Assembly (NCBI GenBank): GCA_004764695.1
Contig: SMSO01000014.1
Span: forward strand, 3,901,648-3,965,647
Source of the DNA: Schizochytrium sp. TIO01
Taxonomy: Eukaryota; Protista; Bigyra: Labyrinthulomycetes
Direction: 5' to 3'
Length of the DNA stretch: 64,000 nucleotides
The notes beneath the pieces were generated by a model that did not search any database, was not told the origin of the DNA, and was given only the letters and a program-made list of their open reading frames with translations. Both the position numbers and the translations under genes were made by a program. Each line of letters opens with the position of its first letter. The stretch's first letter is position 1. This document shows, piece after piece, positions 33,238 through 43,699 of the stretch.

Positions 33238-34860
33238 TCAGTCCTCAGATTCTTCTGAGACGTTTTCGCACTCCTTAGAGCGACCACTACGGCCTTTGGG
33301 AAAGACACAAGCAAAGATAGTTCCCATGACCAAGACAATTAGCGCTGCACCGCGATAAGTGGCTGGCGCCCCAAACTCCTCAATAGCCAAGGATCCAAAG
33401 ATGAGTCCAGAACTTACGCCAAGACTACGAACAGCCATCCGTGTGCCTTGTGCAAAGCTCTCGAGTCCACGTGGTGCCATATCGCTAATAATGAGCACAC
33501 AAGAAAGCTGTGAAAGCGCAAAAGTAAGTCCGTGTAGGGGCTCACATAGCAAAATTAGCCAGCTGTAGTGAGTAGGAATAAAGGTGTATGCAGTAACACG
33601 GATGGAGAAGGCAACGAGCGCAAAGTAGAAGAGCTGCGAGGCTGAGAAACGCTCCAAGAGTGAGCGAGCCCAGGTAAAGCACGGGATCTCAAAAATCACA
33701 GTAACACATACGGAAAGTGCCATAACCATGTTAGAGGATCCAATTTCGTCGCGAAAGAAGAGGAATGATAAATTCTGGACAAGGCCAATACCAGCGCGAG
33801 CGACAGCGAGAGTTATAAAGAAAATTACATTTGGGAGGCTGCAACACGCAATAGTGGCAAAAATCGCCAGCTTCTGCCCAACGGAAAGGTTCGACAAGAG
33901 CCCTGCGTCATCATCATCATTTAAGCCTTGGTCCTTGTTGGAGTTTGCAAGTTCGACGGACGTGTCAGTCCCGTCGCTGACAGTGGTAGAGACTGATGTG
34001 ACTGTGCTTGAGGTAGTGTCGTGATGCACCAACGCGCGGGATTGACCTGCCTCTAGCGCGAGCGTCTCGGCCTCATCGCTACTGTCTTCGTCGCTTTCAT
34101 ACTCGGAGCGCAGGCTTTCCATGGCTGAGGCTCGCTCGAGGTTCTCGAATTGGCTAGTACCGTGACCTTCCTGACCCATAGAAGCGCCTCGGCCAGACTC
34201 AGTGCGCTGCAAACTTCCCTCTTCCCTTGCAAGCGCTTTGTACGAGTGGCCAAGAGAGCGACGCCACATCATATTGGCAAGAAAGGCAAGAAGGAACATG
34301 ATACTTGAGAGAACATAAAAGGGCACCATATACAAGTAGCTTCCAGAGTAGTCGAAGATAGCTCCCAGGGAAAAATTTCCGAGAGCGCGCGAGACTGCAC
34401 CAAAGGCACGTTCACGGCCGTAAAGTTTTTTACGCTCCTCAGCCATATTCCTCCGTGATGTTCCTACAGGGACATCGACATGCGCAAGGCAGTAGCTGTC
34501 CATCACAGTTTGTGCCCCTGCAAAGAGGACTGTGTGGCTGCATCTGATGAGGAGAACAGAGTAAACATTGTGGAATTGCGGGAACCAGAAGAGCGAAAAC
34601 ATGATGGCAGCTGATGCCGTGGACACAACCATTGTCATTTCGAGCCCGAGAACTCGATCTGCAAGGAGTCCCCAGACGAGCGGGGAGAACGAATTCAGAA
34701 ATCTTGCCACAGATTCCACGCCGCCGATCTCCGCCTGGTCCAGTCCTAGCGACTCGACGAGCAGTACCATGAACCTTCCCTGCGAAGCAAACACAAGGTA
34801 CCCCAGTACAAAGACCCACCTTGGCCTCAGTGTGCCATCACGGTTTACAAAGAAACCCAT
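33238..34860 (-). CDS. MFS transporter (MFSD6/MFS_1_like), copy 1
   Basis: About 12 TMs in two bundles; PLVWGLLADR, YGRERAFGAVS, FEIPCF and LCEPLHGLTF. Confidence 0.92.
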   Translation of the reverse strand: MGFFVNRDGTLRPRWVFVLGYLVFASQGRFMVLLVESLGLDQAEIGGVESVARFLNSFSPLVWGLLADRVLGLEMTMVVSTASAAIMFSLFWFPQFHNVYSVLLIRCSHTVLFAGAQTVMDSYCLAHVDVPVGTSRRNMAEERKKLYGRERAFGAVSRALGNFSLGAIFDYSGSYLYMVPFYVLSSIMFLLAFLANMMWRRSLGHSYKALAREEGSLQRTESGRGASMGQEGHGTSQFENLERASAMESLRSEYESDEDSSDEAETLALEAGQSRALVHHDTTSSTVTSVSTTVSDGTDTSVELANSNKDQGLNDDDDAGLLSNLSVGQKLAIFATIACCSLPNVIFFITLAVARAGIGLVQNLSFLFFRDEIGSSNMVMALSVCVTVIFEIPCFTWARSLLERFSASQLFYFALVAFSIRVTAYTFIPTHYSWLILLCEPLHGLTFALSQLSCVLIISDMAPRGLESFAQGTRMAVRSLGVSSGLIFGSLAIEEFGAPATYRGAALIVLVMGTIFACVFPKGRSGRSKECENVSEESED

Positions 34861-35777
34861 TTTCTACCCTCCCCCTCCACACGTCGTACCGCACCTCCCG
34901 TGGCCCTGCACAAGGTCTTTGCCAGCGTCGTAGCAACCAGGCCAAAGAAAAAGCCCACGACGAACTCAGGACAAACAATCCACCGATCCCAGACCCCTGC
35001 CACCAAAATATAAGCAACTCCCAAGAAACACCACCTGTGACGCCGCGACCAGTGCCAACTGTCGCGTCGCTGCCGGTGCGTTTCCAGAGCTAATGCCACT
35101 GCCGGTGCTGCAGGAGCGACGAGGAGACTACGATGGTCTCGCCGCTCCGCCGCCTCGCTAGGAGTGCGCCCTCACCCACTAAGACTCCCGCTGCGGCGCC
35201 CGTCTGCGCCGGACTCACGCCTGTGCGCTGCGCCCAATGCCTCGCTCGGGTCAGTTCTGGGAGCCCAGCGAGAGAGGCGGAGGGAGGAGAGCTGAGGACC
35301 TGCGGAGCTCCTACGCGGACAGGGAGCTGATGGCGGGCTTCGTTGTCGAGCGCGGGGGCGTGGCCAGTCGGGTGGCTCGGGTCGCGACGCAATGGCGAAG
35401 GGCGATTGCTGGCGATGCTTGTTGGAGGCCACCCTGATTGAAGGTAGAACTATGGTAATGCTACTGTCTTTTTTTCTTCTTAATTCTCATTTTTAAATTT
35501 ATTTTTCTCTTTGTTGGAAAGGTCAATGTTTAACAAATGAATTTGAAAAGGGAGTCAATTGTGTTGATCAAGCCAACTCGTCGCTCGCCCAACCCTCTTC
35601 CGGGGCACAGATGCCTGCCTACCCACCCACCCGCCTGCCTACCCGCCTTCAAGGCCCCCGCCAGACGGCCAGCTAGCTGTTCGCTTGCTCAGAGGCAGAC
35701 CAGCTATTCAAGTTTGTTACCGCTTCAGCGAACGAATTGAATGGCACCATCGTCGTTAACCTATTATGACAGACAGT

Positions 35778-35785
35778 TCTTTCTC

Positions 35786-35837
<52 letters not shown>

Positions 35838-35838
35838 T
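35778..35838. repeat. (TTTC)n microsatellite
   Basis: Direct observation. Confidence 0.92.
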
Positions 35839-36316
35839 CGGAATTTGAAAACTTGCGGGAATGCTGAAACTTGAAACTTGTCAGCACTGCTACGGTTTAA
35901 CTTGAGAGGGCCCATTAGGACCTGGTGGGCTTCGAGACGAGGCGTCTCCACCCTACTGTTTTCCGTAGCCAGTTTCTACCGCGACGCCAGCGAAAAGAAA
36001 GCCTCACATACTCAGGGTTCAGCGGAGAGTGCTTTCCCTTTAGTCCAGAGAGAGGCCTATTCAACAGCTAGAGGATACTATAGGGGTGAAAACGGGAGAG
36101 CGCGGATGGGCATTTTCCTCGTCTGTTCTCTACCGGCACCATTTACGGGACACGGGTTATTGCGCAGATGTTTTGGGTATACGTGCGGGAGTTCTGTGAG
36201 AAGTTGGCACGTGCAAGTAAATGTCTGGAAGCCCTGTTATTGACTACTTAGGATGCCTAGCTACCTACTATGCCGTATTACTATCACCTGTGTCAGAAAT
36301 GAAACAAAGTTACTCT

Positions 36317-36432
36317 GTTTCTTTTTCTTTTTCTTTTTCTTTTTCTTTTTCTTTTTCTTTTTCTTTTTCTTTTCTTTTTCTTTTTCTTTTTCTTTTCCGT
36401 TTTCTTTTTTCTTCTTCTTCTTTTTCTTCTTT
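36317..36432. repeat. (TTTTTC)n polypyrimidine tract
   Basis: Direct observation; it produces the poly-F/poly-K spurious ORFs. Confidence 0.93.
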
Positions 36433-37546
36433 CCTGAAATAGGTGGTGCGCTCGAGTCCAATTCAAGGATTCCATCCCACTCAATTCCATTCAACCCCAT
36501 TCGAATTGAGCTTCGAGCGGCCCTGGGGCGAGGCGTATTTTTGCTTCTTTGTTTTCCACAAGGCAATCAAGTCCTCAGCTGGTGCAGCCGCGTTAAGGGC
36601 AATGCCCTCCTGGTGCTCTCGAAACCAACTGAGAAGCATTCGTAGGGTTATGTGCTCTGTGGGTCCACAGAAGTACCAGAAAGAATTCAATTCATTCCTC
36701 AGTCACCTTGGAGAAACTGAGCAAGCAGGCTACTGCACTCCATCGCGTGTGTTTAGCAGAATTTCATGGTGTCTCATGCTGCGCAGAATGGTCACGCAGA
36801 CTTTGGAAGGGACCTAAAGCAGGTTGTTTTCAACGTGCACTAAGTAATGTTAAAAAAAAAAAGTAAAGTGCTGGTGACACAGGAGCAGGTCGGGGACAAA
36901 CAAACGACCCTCCTCGTGCCCACTGTACCGAAGATGACCAATTTTGGTCTTGCCATTCAGCAGGGAATCCAAGGTGCCGGCGAAGCAACAGAAAGTAGGT
37001 TCTTACCGAGGTACTTGCCTGCCATTTGAAAGATCGATGGGTCTGCGTCCATCCAACCCCTGCTTAGAATCAGTCAGGGTGTGTACGATTAGAAACAATC
37101 ATGGTACACACCCTGATTGTGTTCTGGCCTGGCTAGCATTTTTCAATTGTCCTTTGCGACAAAGCGTCTCTGTCTCTCTGTAGCACAGGTATGATAAGGC
37201 CCCTGTGATGCGCGTGAAGGCAGATGCCAGGTTCCCCGAGTAGCTCAACATCAGAGCAATCCTCTGCGGGATGATTGATTCCACGCAGGCTTTTCAAGAC
37301 ATTGGCATCGAGAAAAGCAACAGCGTCTTCTTTAAATACTTGGGGTGCAAACCTCGCTGTTAGATTCTCTGGCCAGTGAAGTGTGGCGGGGTCGACAGCC
37401 AGCCTCTGGAGAAGAAGGCATCCCTTTGTGAGCTTGGCATTGTTGGGCAAAGCCATCTTTGTGCTTGTTTGGTCGTCCCGCATGGGACAAAAAGCTTCTT
37501 TTTAATTTGGAATGGCCAAGAGAAAACTTTTATTTTCCTAAGTACG

Positions 37547-37547
37547 C

Positions 37548-37582
<35 letters not shown>
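37547..37582. repeat. (CAA)n microsatellite
   Basis: Direct observation. Confidence 0.95.
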
Positions 37583-38279
37583 AAGCTCCTAAGCGCAACC
37601 CGTTGGTAGATGGAGCTCCTCGTCAAGTCGATTCTTACACTACTAAAAACTTTGATCTCATCGACCAAGGGATTAATCAGTGTGTCTGAGGAAAACTAGT
37701 CAGTACTTCAAGAAACTGACCCAATTCGATTTGTAATCGCTCGTATGAAATGAAAAACGTAGTACTTCTAGATCTTCCTACGCACCCAAAATTGAATCAG
37801 AGAGTGCACAGTCCTGTAGGTAGGTAACCAGCTATGTCTTGCTTACCTTTTGCTCATTTCTTTTCCCTTGACTGTCTCCACAAGCAGACTGCTTGCGAAG
37901 TACAAGCGGGATGATGCTGAGAAGCTCGCTCGTATTTACCGCTCAAAGGGTGGCGCATCTGAATTCGTTTACAATCATGTCGAGGTTTGGAAACTCGCAG
38001 GGTACAGCAGGAAGAACATTGTAAAACGATCAGTTCCTGGTTCCTGTGAGAGCTTTTGGGGTTCACCAGCACGAGAAGAAGGGAATTTATATTGTTTATA
38101 ATCATCGTCAAGCACAGTAGTAACTTTGTTGGTTTAATTTCGAATGCTACCTTCAAGTTGGAGAGCCTTTGGGGATAGCACTGAAAAGGTGCGACGCTCT
38201 GAGTTTTGGGAGGGTTTTACAATGACGAAGCTTGAATATCCTGGGAGGCCTGGCCATGCTAGGGAGGGGTTCTTTAATA

Positions 38280-38480
38280 TACCAATTAAAACTCATTAGA
38301 ATACTTGCTGCCAAAACAGTCCAACTTATAGACAAAGGAAGGAATAGTTTCCACCCAAGACGTATTAGTCGATCATAACGATAACGAGGATATGCGACAC
38401 GCACCCAAATAACAAGCTAATAAAAAAGAATACTTTAATAGCAAAACAAAAACAACCTTCAAAAATTTGCAATATTCTTT
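38280..38480 (-). pseudogene. nad1: NUMT: 3' fragment of mitochondrial nad1 (complex I subunit 1), frameshifted
   Basis: Translates as [11 protein letters not shown] / (frameshift) [43 protein letters not shown], the conserved Nad1 C-terminus (PRYRYDQLMRLGWK.FLPLS). AT-rich. Confidence 0.88.
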
Positions 38481-39248
38481 CCTATGAAGATTGAAAGAAT
38501 ACGATTGTTGACCTCCAAGGATGCAAAAATATGATTCTTTTGTTTAGTTGGTTATTGTGAGTAAAAAAGGGGTTTATTGTAACTTAACTTACAGTCCAAT
38601 GGAGCAATGGAGTCTAGAAATATACAAAAGTGCATGCACCAAAACCGCCCGTTCACCACAAAACAGGCGAATAGACACACCAGTCTTGTATATGAATGAA
38701 AGGAACCGTCAATTAGCATAAAGAAATGGCAGTACTATAGATGAGCTCCTTCGAGTATAACTATTCAGTCATATGCGCACATCCCATGGCTTTTGGACAT
38801 AACTCGTGGACATAACTGACTTTAGATTTCCAGCAGGTCTTCAACTGTTGGTCTTCCATTTGTTTTATTGCAACCTAGAGAGTGCTCGAGAATTAATTCA
38901 CACTTCAGACTAAGTGACTTGAGATCCATCAAATGTAAAACCGGTGCAACTCCTGATGTTTCACGTAGGTCAAGAGGCTCATAAGCAATATCCCTAGAAC
39001 TCCATCAGTATTAAATCTACTTATATCTTCACTCGTCGATCTCAACAATTGGTATATTTCCTGTATTGCTCTGCATACAGTTCAGTATTTACGTAAATTC
39101 TAGACGAAAGGTAAAATGACAAGATCTATACTTTTTAATATTCTTTTCCATGATATGAAGAAATCAAGATTATTTACAAAACAAAATATATTTCCATTCA
39201 ATCGCGCATGCATAATGAGGAGGTATGTGAGTATATGTATAGTTAGGA

Positions 39249-40742
39249 TCAAGGACCATGCGCCGCATGAGGGTGCAGAACGCGGGCGGTACTACATGCT
39301 GTCGATACAGCTAAGTATGTTAAAGCCATGATAAAAACAATGATTGATGCGCCCCTGTACATCACCACCGCGCCATAGCTGTCCATTACCGCACCCCCAA
39401 CAACAAGGCCAAGGCCTGTACCGAGGTTACGTACTGCTGTAATGGCGCCCTGAGAGAAGCTCTCTAAGCCTGGTGGGGCCATGTCACTAATGATAATGAC
39501 AGCGGCAAGTTGCATCAAAGCGAAGGTGACGCCATGTAATGGCTCACAAAGCAGAACCAAGACACCATGTTCAGGAGGGATAATCGTGTATGCCCAGACG
39601 CGCACAGAATATGCAATGAGTCCCCAAAAGAGCAGCTTTGGAGGCGAGAAACGTGTTACCAGCTGGTTCGCCACAGCAAAGAGTGGGATCTCGAACGAGA
39701 CAGTCACACAGACCGAGATACCCAAGACGATATTTGAGGCCCCAATGTCATCTTTGAAAAACAAGAATGACAGGTTTTCCACAAGGGCTACACCAGCGCT
39801 TGCCACAGCCATTGTACAAAAAAACATCCAGTTTGGTATATTGCAGCATGCAGTGCGGGAAAATAAACCTAATTTCCCAAGCAGGGAAATATCTTCGGGC
39901 ACAAGAAGTTCTGCTGGCTCATGTTCCTGTGCAACCCTGGAATCTATCTTTATGGAAGAGGCCTCGAGTTGCTGCTGCTGTCGAGAGGAGTGGTGTAAAT
40001 GATTAAGCTGGCTTGCATTATCTTCCACCACCACCTCGGCGAGCGTAACAGCAGCAGTTTCGCTAAGCTCAACCTCTCGAGATTCCTTTGCAACCTCCTC
40101 GTTTGACACCTGAACATATGATGCACGATTCGCCGTAAATCGCTGCATACACGAATTCAGAGCAACCACGAACAGAAAGAAACTCACTGTGCCAACATAA
40201 AATGGCATCATGAGCATATACGTATTATACTTGTCAAAAAGATATCCGAGCAGCAGACTTCCCAGTGCCCATGAGATTGCACCCCACAGACGTTCACGGC
40301 CATAAAGTTTCTTCCGCTCCGCAGCATCGTCTGCGGTCGGGACGTCTGCTGCGGGAACGCAGTGCGCCAAGCAGTAACTGTCGAGGAGAGGCGAAAACCC
40401 AGAAAGTAGAACCCCATGCAGGGTGCGCAAGATGAGTACCGCCTCGAAGAATTGGAATTGAGGAAAATACAGCAGACCAAAGGCCATTGCTGAAGTTCCT
40501 ACAGATATGCACATTGTGAGCTCACGCCCCAAGAGACGATCTGCGAGGATACCCCAAATAAGAGGCATAAAGGAGTTCAAGGAGCGAGGTAAAGACTGCA
40601 CGATGCCGATCTCCGTATCGGTGAGGGCCAGACTCTCAAGCATAACAGAGAGGAAGCGGCCTTGGCCCGTAAGCGCAAGGAAACCCAAGAAATACAACCA
40701 TCGAGGCCGGAGGGCACCATCCACACCCACGAAGAACCCCAT
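39249..40742 (-). CDS. MFS transporter (MFSD6/MFS_1_like), copy 2
   Basis: Starts MGFFVGVDGALRPRW, matching the paralog MGFFVNRDGTLRPRW; PLIWGILADR, YGRERLWGAISW, FEIPLF and LCEPLHGVTF. Confidence 0.92.
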   Translation of the reverse strand: MGFFVGVDGALRPRWLYFLGFLALTGQGRFLSVMLESLALTDTEIGIVQSLPRSLNSFMPLIWGILADRLLGRELTMCISVGTSAMAFGLLYFPQFQFFEAVLILRTLHGVLLSGFSPLLDSYCLAHCVPAADVPTADDAAERKKLYGRERLWGAISWALGSLLLGYLFDKYNTYMLMMPFYVGTVSFFLFVVALNSCMQRFTANRASYVQVSNEEVAKESREVELSETAAVTLAEVVVEDNASQLNHLHHSSRQQQQLEASSIKIDSRVAQEHEPAELLVPEDISLLGKLGLFSRTACCNIPNWMFFCTMAVASAGVALVENLSFLFFKDDIGASNIVLGISVCVTVSFEIPLFAVANQLVTRFSPPKLLFWGLIAYSVRVWAYTIIPPEHGVLVLLCEPLHGVTFALMQLAAVIIISDMAPPGLESFSQGAITAVRNLGTGLGLVVGGAVMDSYGAVVMYRGASIIVFIMALTYLAVSTACSTARVLHPHAAHGP

Positions 40743-41226
40743 GACGCTGGGTTGAGTTGATACTGGTGGTGGAGATGTGACTGACGACGTTCTCAAAACA
40801 AGAGAGGAATAATCAATCACAAACGCTCGTCAAATTGGAAACCTTGGGAGGAACTCAAGGCCAGCCTTGTAGACAACCGAAGTGGTCTGAAGTAAGGGCG
40901 GTCTCTCTACCCGTCTGTCTTCAAAAGGGCTCGCCAACGACAAGGTAACCTTGTTTTTTTTAAACAACTACTACATACTCACTATTATGGGTACATCGCG
41001 GCGTCATGCCGCTCGTGTAGTTGAAAGCCACTAAAGTTGAAGCCGAATCAAAGCGAACGATGTGTCCAGGAAACCTTCGCGGAACTTGGTCTCAATGAGA
41101 TTGGAGAGGGTATCTGTAAGGTCTAAACTAAGCCGTGATGTGAACTACGAAAAATTCGTCGATCTTTCTTTGCGAGCATCGTTCACGGAATTCCGCGCAT
41201 TGCACCCGGTCCTATAACTGACGCAT

Positions 41227-41288
41227 CATCATGGCCGCTACTATTAATAAGTAATAACATCATGGCCGCTACTATTAATAAGTAATAA
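41227..41288. repeat. Perfect 31-bp tandem duplication
   Basis: CATCATGGCCGCTACTATTAATAAGTAATAA x2. Confidence 0.92.
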
Positions 41289-41767
41289 CAGTAAGTACTT
41301 AAGAGCTCTATCATATCAACCACATTGGAGAATTGTCTAAAGCCACACGGTGCGAACGCTATCCAAATCTCATCAGTCAGAGGCTGTTCCCTCCAATCAT
41401 TTTCCTTGGATATATTACCGCGTTGCGATGTAGTAACTGACTATACCAATTTTCAAATGTAGACGCGTGGATCTTGTCCTTGATCAACAACAGCAAATCC
41501 TGTTCTACCTAAGACAAAAGGCTTTGGAGTGCGTCATCCAAGTCAAAGCGCAAATATGAAAGAGTCTCTTCTCTTTTGGGAGTCCACCTAAGACAAAAGG
41601 TTTTGAAGGGTACATTAAAGTTAATACAAAACTCCTTGGGATTGGTAGGTACATAGCATGCTCCGTCATGTCCAATATACCTAGGCGTATCTATAGTGTA
41701 ACAATTGCATTACTTGGTCGAGTAATGAAAACCAGTTTTGCTACAGAATGTTCAGGGATAATCAATT

Positions 41768-41791
41768 TGCCAATATTTATAAATATTGGCA
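41768..41791. repeat. Perfect 24-bp palindrome
   Basis: TGCCAATATTTATAAATATTGGCA is its own reverse complement. Confidence 0.9.
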
Positions 41792-43699
41792 TGATGCATC
41801 TAATTCGGTTCTCTCCATTTCTTGGGTGCTGTATGGATCCAGCTTCTTGCTTCAAGAATCGAACTCCTCCTCTTTCTTTAAAATCGAAAAGAGTACCCCA
41901 GTCCTGAGATACTGAAAATATGATTGTTTTCTTCCACAATTTCAAAAAGAAGAGTGACCAAACAAGCCACGAACTAATTACATCAAGCCTGCGTGCTAGT
42001 CCCTAGCCAGATACAATTTATATGGTCAGCACGCTTCAGGACTACAGCCCACCAAGAAATGTATGCAAATCACAAAACTAGCTCACTTCAAAGAAATCAC
42101 CTTGTTGTAAATCTAATACAGGGTGGCGATACACTACATTTTCAGAAGAACCTAGAAATTCAAGAGAATGTAATAAATGCAATCGCCACTGCCGTGACCC
42201 ACGGCCAACTGGGGGTTGCAAGAGTGAAGTTTTATCCACCTATTCAATTAGACAAACAAGCGAACAATAACAATGAAACCGATTGTCCAGCATTATACAA
42301 CTCCAAGTAAGTTTCGAACAGGACCTTCAAAATCCGGAGCGTGAGAATTTACACACAATAATTCAATAGAGTAAATGCTTAATTGTTTAAATGTGCTTTA
42401 GGCTGTGCACCACTCGATTTGAATAGAGTGAGTGTGCACCCTAACCGAAAATTATGTATGGCTCAAGTCACCATTAGCAGTTTGCGATTTCAATTGTATT
42501 GGGACATCAAGAACAACATGATCACTCCCTAAATTAAACTAGGCATATCTATACACTGTCCAAAAGTATGGTTTATTCGTCGACTTCCGTCTATCCGTGC
42601 AGCCTGACTGAAGATAATGTTCGCTCTATTGAATCTTCCTACAGCCTATGAGATAGGGCATGCAGACTCTTTCCGCAAGTAAAACAATAGGTACCTAGGG
42701 ACTTTTAAAACATCTTTTATTTGTGCATCATACTCTTCTATAGTATATTTACATATGCTTCGGTAGTACTGCTGCCTGTCAATCAGCTATGACTGCACAC
42801 TGCACAAAATTGGAAGTTAGAACAGTTGAAGGGGATTCTGCTTCTTTTTGTCTATCTGCTCTTTCCGAGTCCAGATCAGAAATGGTATACATAGGTATGT
42901 ACCTATAAAATAAAAATTGGACATAATTTAAGTGATCGTTTTGGCTTGAATGTTGCCCTAGTTTAAAGATTTTAATTTATTACCTCTGACTACTAGTGAG
43001 AGCGGAAATTTAAGTTTTTTGGTATCTCAGTAATCAGCTGCCTCGACTTACCTCATTGAAGGTACCCCATACCCTTACTAGATAAACTAATTATGGATAG
43101 GGTGACTTATATGACGTCACGATGATATTTCCAAGTATAGTCCAAAATTGGTGCTATGCTTACCCACTTCATTTATAGTCTTCATTTTCTCGGATATGCA
43201 AACTAGTTAAGCATAGGGTTAGAGACAACTACCTCATGGATTTTATTCTCAAGGTACCGCTTATTATGTTTCCAAATCTGGGGATGAGCAATTAGACAAA
43301 GTGGTATTTAGTATCAAATTAGAACAAACGACATCTGCAAAACCAAAACGCGCTGAGAGTTACGACACGATTAAAAGGTAATTACTCGTATAGATGGCCA
43401 TCCATTGAATTGTCTAATCACTGTACTATTGGGGGATAGCAATCATTAACAGCACGGGCAGAATCTTTGCAAATAGTAAGATCCTCTTGACTAGGTAGAA
43501 TAACAGTCAGGCACAGTCTACATCGAATCAAAGACCGTTTGAAGAGATAGGAGCAAGGCGACAAAGACTTCAACAAGGACAAGCGAATATTTATTAAATT
43601 CGATCTTTCGACATCTCTTCTAACAACTTGTTTCCCAGATTAGTTATTCCTGAGCTCCCATTACTACATGGCAGCCGGGAGGCTTCAGTGCAGTACGAG

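Noticed and set aside
36221-36645. Poly-F, poly-K and FS-repeat ORFs
   Set aside because: Translations of the (TTTTTC)n tract.
38153-38404. Functional nuclear nad1 gene
   Set aside because: Only the C-terminal fragment is present, it is frameshifted and it runs into unrelated sequence.
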